Positions 1-7,647 of a DNA stretch of 64,000 nt are shown here, one piece after another. Position 1 is the first letter of the stretch. Every line of letters starts with the position of its first letter. Position numbers and translations under genes: made by a program. The notes under the pieces were generated by a model, which saw only the letters and a program-made list of their open reading frames with translations, made no database searches and was not told where the DNA came from. Origin of the DNA: Geobacter sp. UBA698 (GTDB taxonomy: Bacteria; Desulfobacterota; Desulfuromonadia; Geobacterales; Pseudopelobacteraceae); assembly GCA_002298925.1 (NCBI GenBank), contig DBMM01000028.1, forward strand, positions 3,713 to 67,712, given 5' to 3'.

Positions 1-896
1 TGATCCATCGTCTCCCCTGGACGGCACCCCTCTTTCTGGTCGGATGTGTCTCCATCTCGGCCTTGCCACCTTTCAATGGCTTTGTTTCGGAGTGGCTGAC
101 ATTTCAGGCCTTTCTACTCTCGCCGGCACTGCCTCATCCGATCCTGAAGCTGCTGATCCCGCTCGGGGCTGCGCTGCTGGCACTGACCGGGGCGCTGGCC
201 GCTGCCTGTTTCGTCAAGGTATTCGGGGTGGTTTTTCTGGGACAGTGGCGCGGCCACCAGAAGCCGGACCACATCCATGAAGTCGTTTGGTCCATGCGAA
301 GCGGGATGCTGTTGGCAGCGATCACCTGCCTGCTGCTGGGGATTTTTCCGACCTGGGTCATCAGTTGGCTGGACACGATCCCCGAGCAGCTGTGCGGCGG
401 CCGTATTGCCGAATCCGCCGGCAGGTACGGCTGGATGTGGCTGACGCCGATCGCCCACCAGCGCGCCTCCTATTCCGGTCCGGTTGTATTTATCGGGATA
501 CTGACGGTGGTTGCCGTGACCTGGCTGCTGCTGCACGTGCGCGCAACCCGTGTCAGCAGAGTGCCGCTCTGGGATTGCGGCTTTGCGAAGCTGACCCCCC
601 GCATGCAGTACACGGCCAGTTCCTTCTCCATGCCGATCCGGCGGGTACTCGGTTTCCTGTTTGCGGTGCGCGAACAGGTTGAGATCGTGCCGCACACCAA
701 TCACCCAGCCATGCCGGGGAGCCTCCAGTACCGTTTGCGGGTCCGGGACCGCTTCTGGAACTGGCTCTACGCCCCGCAGGGGGATGCAGCCTACTGGTTG
801 GCGCGTCAGGCCGGCAAGCTGCAGCATGGGCATATCCAGGTCTACCTGCTCTACTCATTCATAACCCTGATCGTGCTGCTGGTGTTTCTAGGATGA
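1..896 (+). CDS. HyfB/HycC/NuoL-like membrane subunit of hydrogenase-related (Ehr-type) complex 1, C-terminal part (5' end lies outside the window)
   Basis: Frame 3 is open from the window edge. The translation IHRLPWTAPLFLVGCVSISALPPFNGFVSEWL aligns with the C-terminal thirds of the full-length paralogs at 7648-9654 and 11201-13246, including the shared WDCGF/WGCGY...MQY(T/S)ASSF tail. Its stop overlaps the next start (ATGA at 893-896). Confidence 0.85.
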   Translation, partial: IHRLPWTAPLFLVGCVSISALPPFNGFVSEWLTFQAFLLSPALPHPILKLLIPLGAALLALTGALAAACFVKVFGVVFLGQWRGHQKPDHIHEVVWSMRSGMLLAAITCLLLGIFPTWVISWLDTIPEQLCGGRIAESAGRYGWMWLTPIAHQRASYSGPVVFIGILTVVAVTWLLLHVRATRVSRVPLWDCGFAKLTPRMQYTASSFSMPIRRVLGFLFAVREQVEIVPHTNHPAMPGSLQYRLRVRDRFWNWLYAPQGDAAYWLARQAGKLQHGHIQVYLLYSFITLIVLLVFLG

Positions 897-1837
897 ACCT
901 CCACCCACTGGCCATAGAGCTGCTCCAATTCGTCCTGCTGCTTGCCCTGGCACCGGCCTTTGCCGGCTGGGTCAAGGTGCTCAAATGCCGCATGCAGGGC
1001 CGTAGTGCAGCTGGAATCATGCAACCATACCGCGATATCCGGCGACTGTTCGGCAAGGATGTCGTGCTAGCCGAAAACGCCTCGTGGCTCTTCCGTTTCA
1101 CCCCCTATCTGACCTTCGGAGTGACAACCATTGTGGCCGGGATTATCCCACTGATCTCAGTTGATCTCCCGCTGTCGGCCACCGCCGACGTGATTGCGTT
1201 GGTGATGCTGTTCGGGATCGTCCGTTTTTTTACCGCACTGGCAGGGATGGATATCGGCACCGCCTTTGGCGGCATGGGCTCCAGCCGCGAGATGACAATC
1301 GCCTCACTGGCTGAACCGGCCATGCTGATGGCGATCTTTACGGTATCGCTGGCCAGCAACTCCACTTCGCTGACTCAGATGGTGACGGTCATGGCGCACG
1401 CCGAGTTTGTGATCCGCCCGTCACTAGCCTTTGCCCTGGCGGCCTTTATCATGATCGCCCTAGCCGAGACCGGCCGTGTCCCGGTTGACAACCCGGCTAC
1501 CCACCTGGAGCTGACCATGATCCATGAGGCCATGATCCTGGAATATTCCGGGCGCCACCTGGCCCTGATCGAATGGGCCGGAATGATGAAACTGACCCTC
1601 TTATTCGCCCTCGGAATCGCCTCCTTCTGTCCCTGGGGAATTTCGGCTGGTGGTGATATCGGCTCGTTGGCGCTGGCGCTCGGTATACTGGCAGTCAAGC
1701 TCATGGTCGGAGCGCTGATCATGGTCTTGATCGAGACCGGTCTGGCCAAGATGCGTATTTTTCGCCTCCCCGAATATCTGGGGAGCGCCTTCCTGTTGGC
1801 GACACTCGGTATGATCGCCTTCTTTATCCTGGAGTAA
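893..1837 (+). CDS. HyfC/HycD/NuoH-like integral membrane subunit (cluster 1)
   Basis: 314-aa polytopic protein. The motif PVDNPATHLELTMIHEAMILEYSG is typical of the NuoH/HycD family and is shared with the paralog at 13291-14199. Translationally coupled to the upstream gene. Confidence 0.85.
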   Translation: MNLHPLAIELLQFVLLLALAPAFAGWVKVLKCRMQGRSAAGIMQPYRDIRRLFGKDVVLAENASWLFRFTPYLTFGVTTIVAGIIPLISVDLPLSATADVIALVMLFGIVRFFTALAGMDIGTAFGGMGSSREMTIASLAEPAMLMAIFTVSLASNSTSLTQMVTVMAHAEFVIRPSLAFALAAFIMIALAETGRVPVDNPATHLELTMIHEAMILEYSGRHLALIEWAGMMKLTLLFALGIASFCPWGISAGGDIGSLALALGILAVKLMVGALIMVLIETGLAKMRIFRLPEYLGSAFLLATLGMIAFFILE

Positions 1838-1841
1838 CGTC

Positions 1842-2507
1842 ATGGCCCACACCCTTGCAGCCCAGATAAACAGCTTGCTGGCAGCCCTGATTCTGCTGTC
1901 CGCCTTTGCCTTGCTGGCCCAGCGCAAGATCATGGGGTTGGTCCATATTTTTGCCTGGCAGGGTTTCTTTCTGGCGCTCAGTACCGCCGTGATCGGTTTC
2001 GCCAGCGGTGAACACCACCTCTACATCTCCTCGCTCCTGACGCTCGGCATGAAGGTTTTTCTGCTCCCCTACATCCTCTACAGCCTGGTACACAAGCTGA
2101 AGATACACCGCGATATCGAGGCGGTCGTCAATATTCCCACCACCATGCTGCTCGGGATAGTGCTGGTGGTCTTCAGCTACCATTTGACCGCACCGATCCG
2201 GGAACTCTCCAACCTGATGACCCGCTCTACCCTGGCGGTAGCGCTGGCCACAGTCATGCTGGGGCTGTTGATGATGGTCACCCGCCGCCATGCCGTGACG
2301 CAGATTCTGGGGTTTCTGGCCATGGAGAACGGCCTGTTCTTTGCCGCCACCAGCGCCACCTACGGCATGCCGATGGTGGTGGAGTTGGGGGTGGCGCTCG
2401 ACCTGTTGATTGCGGCCTTTATCTTCGGCATCTTCTTTTTCCATATCAACACCACCTTTGACAGCCTGGATGTGGATCAGATGGCAAAGCTCAAGGAAAC
2501 GGATTAG
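1842..2507 (+). CDS. HyfE-like (NuoK-related) membrane subunit (cluster 1)
   Basis: 221-aa hydrophobic protein. The segment LGFLAMENGLFF..PMVVELGVALDLL matches the paralog at 14204-14845 and the hydrogenase-4 component E family. 4-nt gap to the upstream gene. Confidence 0.8.
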   Translation: MAHTLAAQINSLLAALILLSAFALLAQRKIMGLVHIFAWQGFFLALSTAVIGFASGEHHLYISSLLTLGMKVFLLPYILYSLVHKLKIHRDIEAVVNIPTTMLLGIVLVVFSYHLTAPIRELSNLMTRSTLAVALATVMLGLLMMVTRRHAVTQILGFLAMENGLFFAATSATYGMPMVVELGVALDLLIAAFIFGIFFFHINTTFDSLDVDQMAKLKETD

Positions 2508-2510
2508 GCC

Positions 2511-3959
2511 ATGATTCTTCTCTCTCTCCTCGGCATATCGATCCTGGTGGCGCTGATCATGGCCTTTATCGGCGACTGGCGTTTTGCACCGGAGGTAAAT
2601 ATAGGCGGTTCCCTGCTGACCTTTATCGTGTCGCTGGTCCTGGCGCTGCAGGTCTACCACGAGGGGGGGAGCATTTCCGGCTCTACCTACTTCTTTGTCG
2701 ATTACCTGAATATCTCCCTGGTCGTACTGACCACCCTGGTATCCACCACGACCGCCGTCTTCAGCCGCCGCTACATGCGGGTCGAACGAGAACATGGCCG
2801 GGTCGGCCACTGGCGGATGCGTTTTTATCACGCCATGTTTCAGCTCTTCATCTTTGCCATGCTGATCGCCCTGGTGACCAATAATTTCGGCGTGCTCTGG
2901 ATCTCGATGGAGCTGGCGACGCTGGCGACCGTCCTGTTGGTGTCACTCTACCGGACCCCGACCGCAATCGAGGCGGCCTGGAAATATTTCATCCTCTGCG
3001 GTGTCGGGATTGCCCAGGCGCTCTTCGGCACGGTACTGCTCTACTTTGCCGCCGAGAGGGTACTGGGGGCCGGCGGCAATGCCCTGCTCTGGACAAACCT
3101 GAGCCGGGTCTGCGCCCAGCTGGATCCGACCGTCATGCGGCTGGCCTTTGTCTTTCTGATGGTCGGCTACGGCACCAAGGCCGGTCTGGTGCCGCTGCAC
3201 AACTGGCTTCCGGATGCGCACAGCGAGGGGCCGACCCCGGTTTCGGCCGTGCTCTCCGGTCTGCTGCTGAATATCGCCCTGTACGCCCTGATTCGCTGCA
3301 AGGCGCTGGTGGATGGTTCCCTCGGGAGCGGGTTTGCCGGCAACATCATGATGGGGTTCGGCCTCTTTTCCCTGCTGACGGCGGCCTTTTCCATGCTGCG
3401 CCAGAAGGATATCAAGCGCCTCTTTGCCTACTCCTCCATCGAACATATGGGAATCGCCACCTTTGCCTTTGGTCTGGGCGGGCCGATCGCCACCTTTGGA
3501 GGGGTGCTCCATATGATCGTCCATAGTCTGGCCAAATCTGCCACCTTTTTCAGCGTCGGCCATGCCGCCCAGATGCACGGGACCCAGGAAATGGCCCATA
3601 TCCGGGGCCTGATTCGGGGGAATCCGGCGGTCGGGTGGGGAATGTTTCTGGGGGTAATGGCGCTGGCCGGCATGCCCCCCTTCGGGATCTTTACCAGCGA
3701 ATTCCTGATCCTGACCGCCACCATGAAGGATGCGCCGTACCTCGCCCCGTTGCTGCTGCTGGGGCTGACGGTGGCTTTTGCCGCCCTGTTCCGCAAGGTA
3801 CAGCCGATGGTGGCGGGGTTGATCCCGTCAGGACAAAAACAGCTCTCAGCCGCCAATATCCCGGTGTTCCTGCATCTGGCGCTGGTGCTGATTCTCGGCA
3901 TTTACCTCCCCGGATTCCTGGCGAACTGGTTTCATCTGGCGGTGGAGATATTGAAGTGA
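2511..3959 (+). CDS. HyfF/NuoN/NuoM-like antiporter-type membrane subunit (cluster 1)
   Basis: 482 aa. Carries the PF00361-type core GTKAGLVPLHNWLPDAHSEGPTPVSAVLSG and KRLFAYSSIEHMG. Paralog at 14850-16286. Confidence 0.85.
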   Translation: MILLSLLGISILVALIMAFIGDWRFAPEVNIGGSLLTFIVSLVLALQVYHEGGSISGSTYFFVDYLNISLVVLTTLVSTTTAVFSRRYMRVEREHGRVGHWRMRFYHAMFQLFIFAMLIALVTNNFGVLWISMELATLATVLLVSLYRTPTAIEAAWKYFILCGVGIAQALFGTVLLYFAAERVLGAGGNALLWTNLSRVCAQLDPTVMRLAFVFLMVGYGTKAGLVPLHNWLPDAHSEGPTPVSAVLSGLLLNIALYALIRCKALVDGSLGSGFAGNIMMGFGLFSLLTAAFSMLRQKDIKRLFAYSSIEHMGIATFAFGLGGPIATFGGVLHMIVHSLAKSATFFSVGHAAQMHGTQEMAHIRGLIRGNPAVGWGMFLGVMALAGMPPFGIFTSEFLILTATMKDAPYLAPLLLLGLTVAFAALFRKVQPMVAGLIPSGQKQLSAANIPVFLHLALVLILGIYLPGFLANWFHLAVEILK

Positions 3960-3968
3960 ACGTAAAGG

Positions 3969-5555
3969 ATGGCCACTGTGAACTCGCTCCGCAATACAAT
4001 CATGACTCACTTCGGCACGACTGCCTCTCTCTGTCTGGGCACCTGTCCCTCCAGCGTCCCGCAGATACTGGTTCCGCGCGAGCAGTTTGAGGATGTCGGC
4101 TGGGTGATGAAGAAGGCCAGCGCACGGCTGGCGGCCGAATGGGGTGTCGATGAAACCCTGCTGGGTAGGCAGTATGCAGTGCTGGCCTGCTTTGCGCAGG
4201 ATGCCGAGTACCTGCTGGTGCGGTGCGATGTCCCGCTTGATGACCCGGCCTTTCCCAGCCTGTCAAAAAAACACCCCCCGGCCTTTCGCTTCGAGCGCCA
4301 GATTTTAAGCCTGCTGGGGTTGACTCCGACCGGTCATGTTCATTCCGACCTGCGCCCCTGGATCAAGCACGAGGATTGGCCGCCTGATGCCTGGCCGCTC
4401 AGAAAGTCCTTTGCCGCCGGTCAACAGATGTCCCGCGTGGAGGGAGAGTACAAGTGGGTCCGGGCTGAAGGGGAGGGGGTCTATGAGATTCCGGTCGGAC
4501 CGGTGCATGCCGGGATCATTGAGCCGGGGCATTTCCGTTTTCAGGCCATGGGCGAGGATATTCTCAATCTGGAGGAACGCTTGGGCTACACCCATAAAGG
4601 GATCGAGAAGCGCTTTGAACAGTTGTCCTGGAAAGACGGGGCACGGCTGGCCGGAAGGGTGTCGGGCGACTCGACCGTTGCTCACGCCCTGACCTACTGC
4701 CGGGCGGTTGAGGCGCTGGTCGAGGGGAATGTGCCTCCCAGGGCGGCCTGGCTGCGGGCGATCATGCTGGAGCGGGAACGGATTGCCAACCATCTTGGAG
4801 ATATCGGTGCCATTGCCAACGATGCCGCCTTTGCCTTCTTTTTTTACCAGTTCATGCTGCTGAAAGAGCATGTTTTACGCGGCAACAAGCGGCTGTTCGG
4901 TCACCGTTACCTGATGGACCGGATCGTGCCGGGCGGGGTTGCCGTTGATCTATCGGCTGATGGTCCCTCCTTGATCGAGGAGGAAATAATCAGCCTGCTG
5001 GCGGAGTTCGAACGGATTGTAAAGATCTACGACCTGAACGCGTCACTGGATGATCGTCTGCGCGGTACCGGGATCCTGCCGGCGGAAACGGCCCGCGAAC
5101 TCGGCACGGTCGGCTTCGTTGCCCGGGCCAGCGGCCAGCCGCTGGACTGCCGCCTGCAAGCGCCCTTTAGCCCCTATGACCGGTTTCCTCCCCGGATGAC
5201 CGTGCTCAACTCGTGCGACGTCCACGCCCGCGCCTGGGTGCGGATCGAAGAGATCCGCGACTCAATCCGCCTGATCCGCGAACTTCTGGCGACACTGCCG
5301 ACCGGAGAAACGTCGGCACCACTGAAGGATGTCCCGCCGGACCAAAGCGCGTTTGCCGTCGTGGAGGGGTGGCGTGGGGAGATCGTCTATTGGCTGCACT
5401 CCGGTCCAGAAGGGGAGATCAACCGCTGCGCGATCCGTGATCCGTCCAGCGTCAACTGGCTGGCGCTCGAACAGGCGATCCACGGCAACATCGTTCCCGA
5501 TTTTCCGCTCTGCAACAAGAGTTTTAACCAGTCCTATTCGGGACATGATTTGTAG
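3969..5555 (+). CDS. NuoC-NuoD fusion / HycE-HyfG-like 'large subunit' lacking the Ni-Fe ligand cysteines (Ehr-type, cluster 1)
   Basis: 528 aa with VGPVHAGIIEPGHFRF and LGYTHKGIEKRF. The position of the RxCGxCxxxH motif reads RVSGDSTVAH (nt 4656-4685). The C-terminus reads DFPLCNKSF instead of DPCxxC (nt 5499-5525). Confidence 0.85.
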   Translation: MATVNSLRNTIMTHFGTTASLCLGTCPSSVPQILVPREQFEDVGWVMKKASARLAAEWGVDETLLGRQYAVLACFAQDAEYLLVRCDVPLDDPAFPSLSKKHPPAFRFERQILSLLGLTPTGHVHSDLRPWIKHEDWPPDAWPLRKSFAAGQQMSRVEGEYKWVRAEGEGVYEIPVGPVHAGIIEPGHFRFQAMGEDILNLEERLGYTHKGIEKRFEQLSWKDGARLAGRVSGDSTVAHALTYCRAVEALVEGNVPPRAAWLRAIMLERERIANHLGDIGAIANDAAFAFFFYQFMLLKEHVLRGNKRLFGHRYLMDRIVPGGVAVDLSADGPSLIEEEIISLLAEFERIVKIYDLNASLDDRLRGTGILPAETARELGTVGFVARASGQPLDCRLQAPFSPYDRFPPRMTVLNSCDVHARAWVRIEEIRDSIRLIRELLATLPTGETSAPLKDVPPDQSAFAVVEGWRGEIVYWLHSGPEGEINRCAIRDPSSVNWLALEQAIHGNIVPDFPLCNKSFNQSYSGHDL

Positions 5556-5678
5556 GGGTGATTGCGAATACGGCATACGGGCAGATGATCAAAAGCAGCG
5601 TCCACAAGCGTCAGAGAGGCTGTTATCAACTTCTGACAGCGCCTACCTTCTTATCCGTGTGCCTATCTCTCAAGATGG

Positions 5679-5706
5679 TTGACAATATAATTATATGTCA
5701 TACAAT
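5679..5706 (+). promoter_or_regulatory. Candidate sigma-70 promoter for the inserted ATPase gene
   Basis: TTGACA (5679-5684), a 16-nt spacer, then TACAAT (5701-5706), in a locally AT-rich stretch. Followed by the inverted repeat GTTACCAT (5708-5715) / ATGGTAAC (5733-5740). Confidence 0.45.
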
Positions 5707-5751
5707 GGTTACCATCATGTAGTAATCATAGTATGGTAACAAAGATTGGGC

Positions 5752-6900
5752 ATGGCAAACCCCTTTTACATAAAGCAGTTACCGCTTGACGCTCCCTTTT
5801 GCAACCGACAGAAAGAGATTGCTGAACTGTGCCGATTGGCTGAATCAAAGAATGATGTTGTCATTCATTCACCCAGGCGTTTCGGTAAAACCTCTCTAGT
5901 CCGCAGAGTGCAGAAGGAACTGGCAGATCGGGGAGCGCTCACAATTTATGCCGACTTTTTCGGAGTTGGTTCAATAGATGATGTTGCGGCCCGAATGGCG
6001 GAAGCGGTCTTTCGTGTGACCCATAAGAAAGAGCCTCTGTGGAAAAGCGCGCTCAAATTTCTGACGACATTTCGTCCGGTGCTCCGTCCTGATGCTGATG
6101 GTGGAGTAGAATTGACCGTTGAGTCCTCATCTGCGGGCAGGACCGGCTTGCCGCTCCTCAATGAAACCATGGAGTCACTGCGGCAATTTATCGACAACAC
6201 AGGCGCATTGGTTCATATCGCGCTGGATGAATTCCAGGAAATAGTGGTTCTGCCGGATGCAGTGAAAATTGAAGCCGCTTTGCGGACTCATATTCAACAA
6301 TATAAGGCATCGCATTTTTTTGTCGGTAGTCGCCGCAGGCTTTTGCTCGGGATGTTTAACGAGCGTCAGAGGCCGTTTTTCCAAAGCGCATTCGATTATC
6401 CACTTAAGTCGCTGCCTCGGGAAGAGTTGGCGGAATTCCTGTCAAAGCAGTTTACCGATAGCGGCATTATCTGCTCAAAAGAGATGGCAATCCATCTGGC
6501 GGAACTCGTCGATTGCTATCCCTACTATGCCCAGAAATTTGCCCATCATGTCTATGACCTGGCCGGTTCCGAAGTTACCTGGGCTGAAATAAAAATGGCG
6601 ATGAGAAGTCTGATCTTTTCCGAAGGGACAGCGTTCGAATACGCCATTCAAGGTTTGGCGCCACAGCAGCGTCTATTGCTTCGTGCCATTGCCAGGGAAC
6701 CGGCAAAACAGATCATGGCGACAAAATTCATGCGCACGCACAATCTCGGATCGGTCAACGCCGTACGGAATTCGCTCAAACAGCTGGAACTGCTGGACTA
6801 CATTGAAAAAGACTCTGATAACGTCTGGCATGTTATTGACCCGGTTTTTACATGGTGGTTGACGGGGAGAGTCAGCGAGGAAGCGATGGACGGTATGTGA
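5752..6900 (+). CDS. AAA-type ATP-binding protein ('archaeal ATPase'/ATPase_2-like with a C-terminal winged-helix-like region)
   Basis: Walker A SPRRFGKTSL and Walker B-like HIALDEFQE. Overall look of orphan PF01637-type ATPases. Visibly lower GC than the flanking genes. TTG at 5746 is an alternative start. Confidence 0.7.
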   Translation: MANPFYIKQLPLDAPFCNRQKEIAELCRLAESKNDVVIHSPRRFGKTSLVRRVQKELADRGALTIYADFFGVGSIDDVAARMAEAVFRVTHKKEPLWKSALKFLTTFRPVLRPDADGGVELTVESSSAGRTGLPLLNETMESLRQFIDNTGALVHIALDEFQEIVVLPDAVKIEAALRTHIQQYKASHFFVGSRRRLLLGMFNERQRPFFQSAFDYPLKSLPREELAEFLSKQFTDSGIICSKEMAIHLAELVDCYPYYAQKFAHHVYDLAGSEVTWAEIKMAMRSLIFSEGTAFEYAIQGLAPQQRLLLRAIAREPAKQIMATKFMRTHNLGSVNAVRNSLKQLELLDYIEKDSDNVWHVIDPVFTWWLTGRVSEEAMDGM

Positions 6901-7096
6901 CGGAAAAAGGATTACTGCGACAAGGTGGAAAAGCGGATAAAAGTCACACCCCCTCCCCGCTGCTGGAGCTTGAGGAAAACGACGCGAAGGGGTTGGAGAA
7001 GGCGGGGGAGTGAGGCTTGATGATGGGAAAACAGGGGAGTGTCCCGCTTTATTCCCTCTTTATTCCCCATGGATATGTTAGGAGGGAATCTGACCT

Positions 7097-7615
7097 ATGC
7101 TGAGAATACTGCACCAGATATTTCGAACCGGGGTGGTGACCGAGCCGTTGCCGGAACAGGTGGAAGCGGAGCTGGCCCACGTGGGCGGCCGGCTCGAAGA
7201 GGCTATCAGGCGGCGCTTCCACCGCAGCCTCGTGATCCGCGAGGTGGATGCCGGCTCGTGCAACGGCTGCGAGCTGGAGATCATCGCCATGAACAACCCG
7301 ATCTACAACTGTGAACGTTATGGCATCCAGTTTACGGCGTCGCCCCGCTTTGCCGACTTGCTGCTCGTCACCGGGCCGGTATCGATCAATATGGAGATTG
7401 CCCTCAAACGCACCTACGACGCCACTCCCACCCCCAAACTGGTCGTAGCGGTTGGTGATTGTGGCTGCCATGGCGGGATCTTCGGCGAAAGCTATGCCTC
7501 ACTCGGGAGTGTAAGTAACGTCATACCGGTTGATGCCAGCATTCCCGGCTGTCCGCCGACACCGTTCGACCTGCTGAATGGCATCCTCCGACTGATTGAC
7601 GGGCATCAGCCTTGA
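7097..7615 (+). CDS. NuoB/HycG/HyfI-like 'small subunit' with [4Fe-4S] ligands (cluster 1)
   Basis: 172 aa. Cys motifs GSCNGCELE, GDCGCHGG and PGCPPTP are typical of the NuoB/hydrogenase small-subunit N2-type cluster. RBS AGGAGGG lies about 10 nt upstream. Confidence 0.85.
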   Translation: MLRILHQIFRTGVVTEPLPEQVEAELAHVGGRLEEAIRRRFHRSLVIREVDAGSCNGCELEIIAMNNPIYNCERYGIQFTASPRFADLLLVTGPVSINMEIALKRTYDATPTPKLVVAVGDCGCHGGIFGESYASLGSVSNVIPVDASIPGCPPTPFDLLNGILRLIDGHQP

Positions 7616-7647
7616 TAGCAGCATCAGCGGGAATTGGTAGCGGTTTA

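Noticed and set aside
1824-2831. Long antisense ORFs opposite real genes. Examples are 1824-2831(-), 114-833(-), 18862-19698(+), 31636-32628(+), 35483-36643(-), 44225-45121(-), 55565-57088(+), 58582-59721(+) and 59865-60809(+).
   Set aside because: They are mirror-frame open reading frames typical of high-GC DNA. Their translations are low-complexity (R/G/A/P/H/Q-rich) with no family resemblance. Each is fully covered by a confidently identified gene on the other strand.
3969-5555. Calling the two NuoCD-like proteins (3969-5555 and 16283-17803) genuine formate-hydrogenlyase/hydrogenase-4 large subunits (hycE/hyfG).
   Set aside because: The N-terminal CxxC ligand pair is replaced by SGDS and AGDT, and the C-terminal DPCxxC is replaced by FPLCNKS. 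No hyp/hycI or formate dehydrogenase genes accompany them. They are therefore annotated as hydrogenase-related rather than as hydrogenases.
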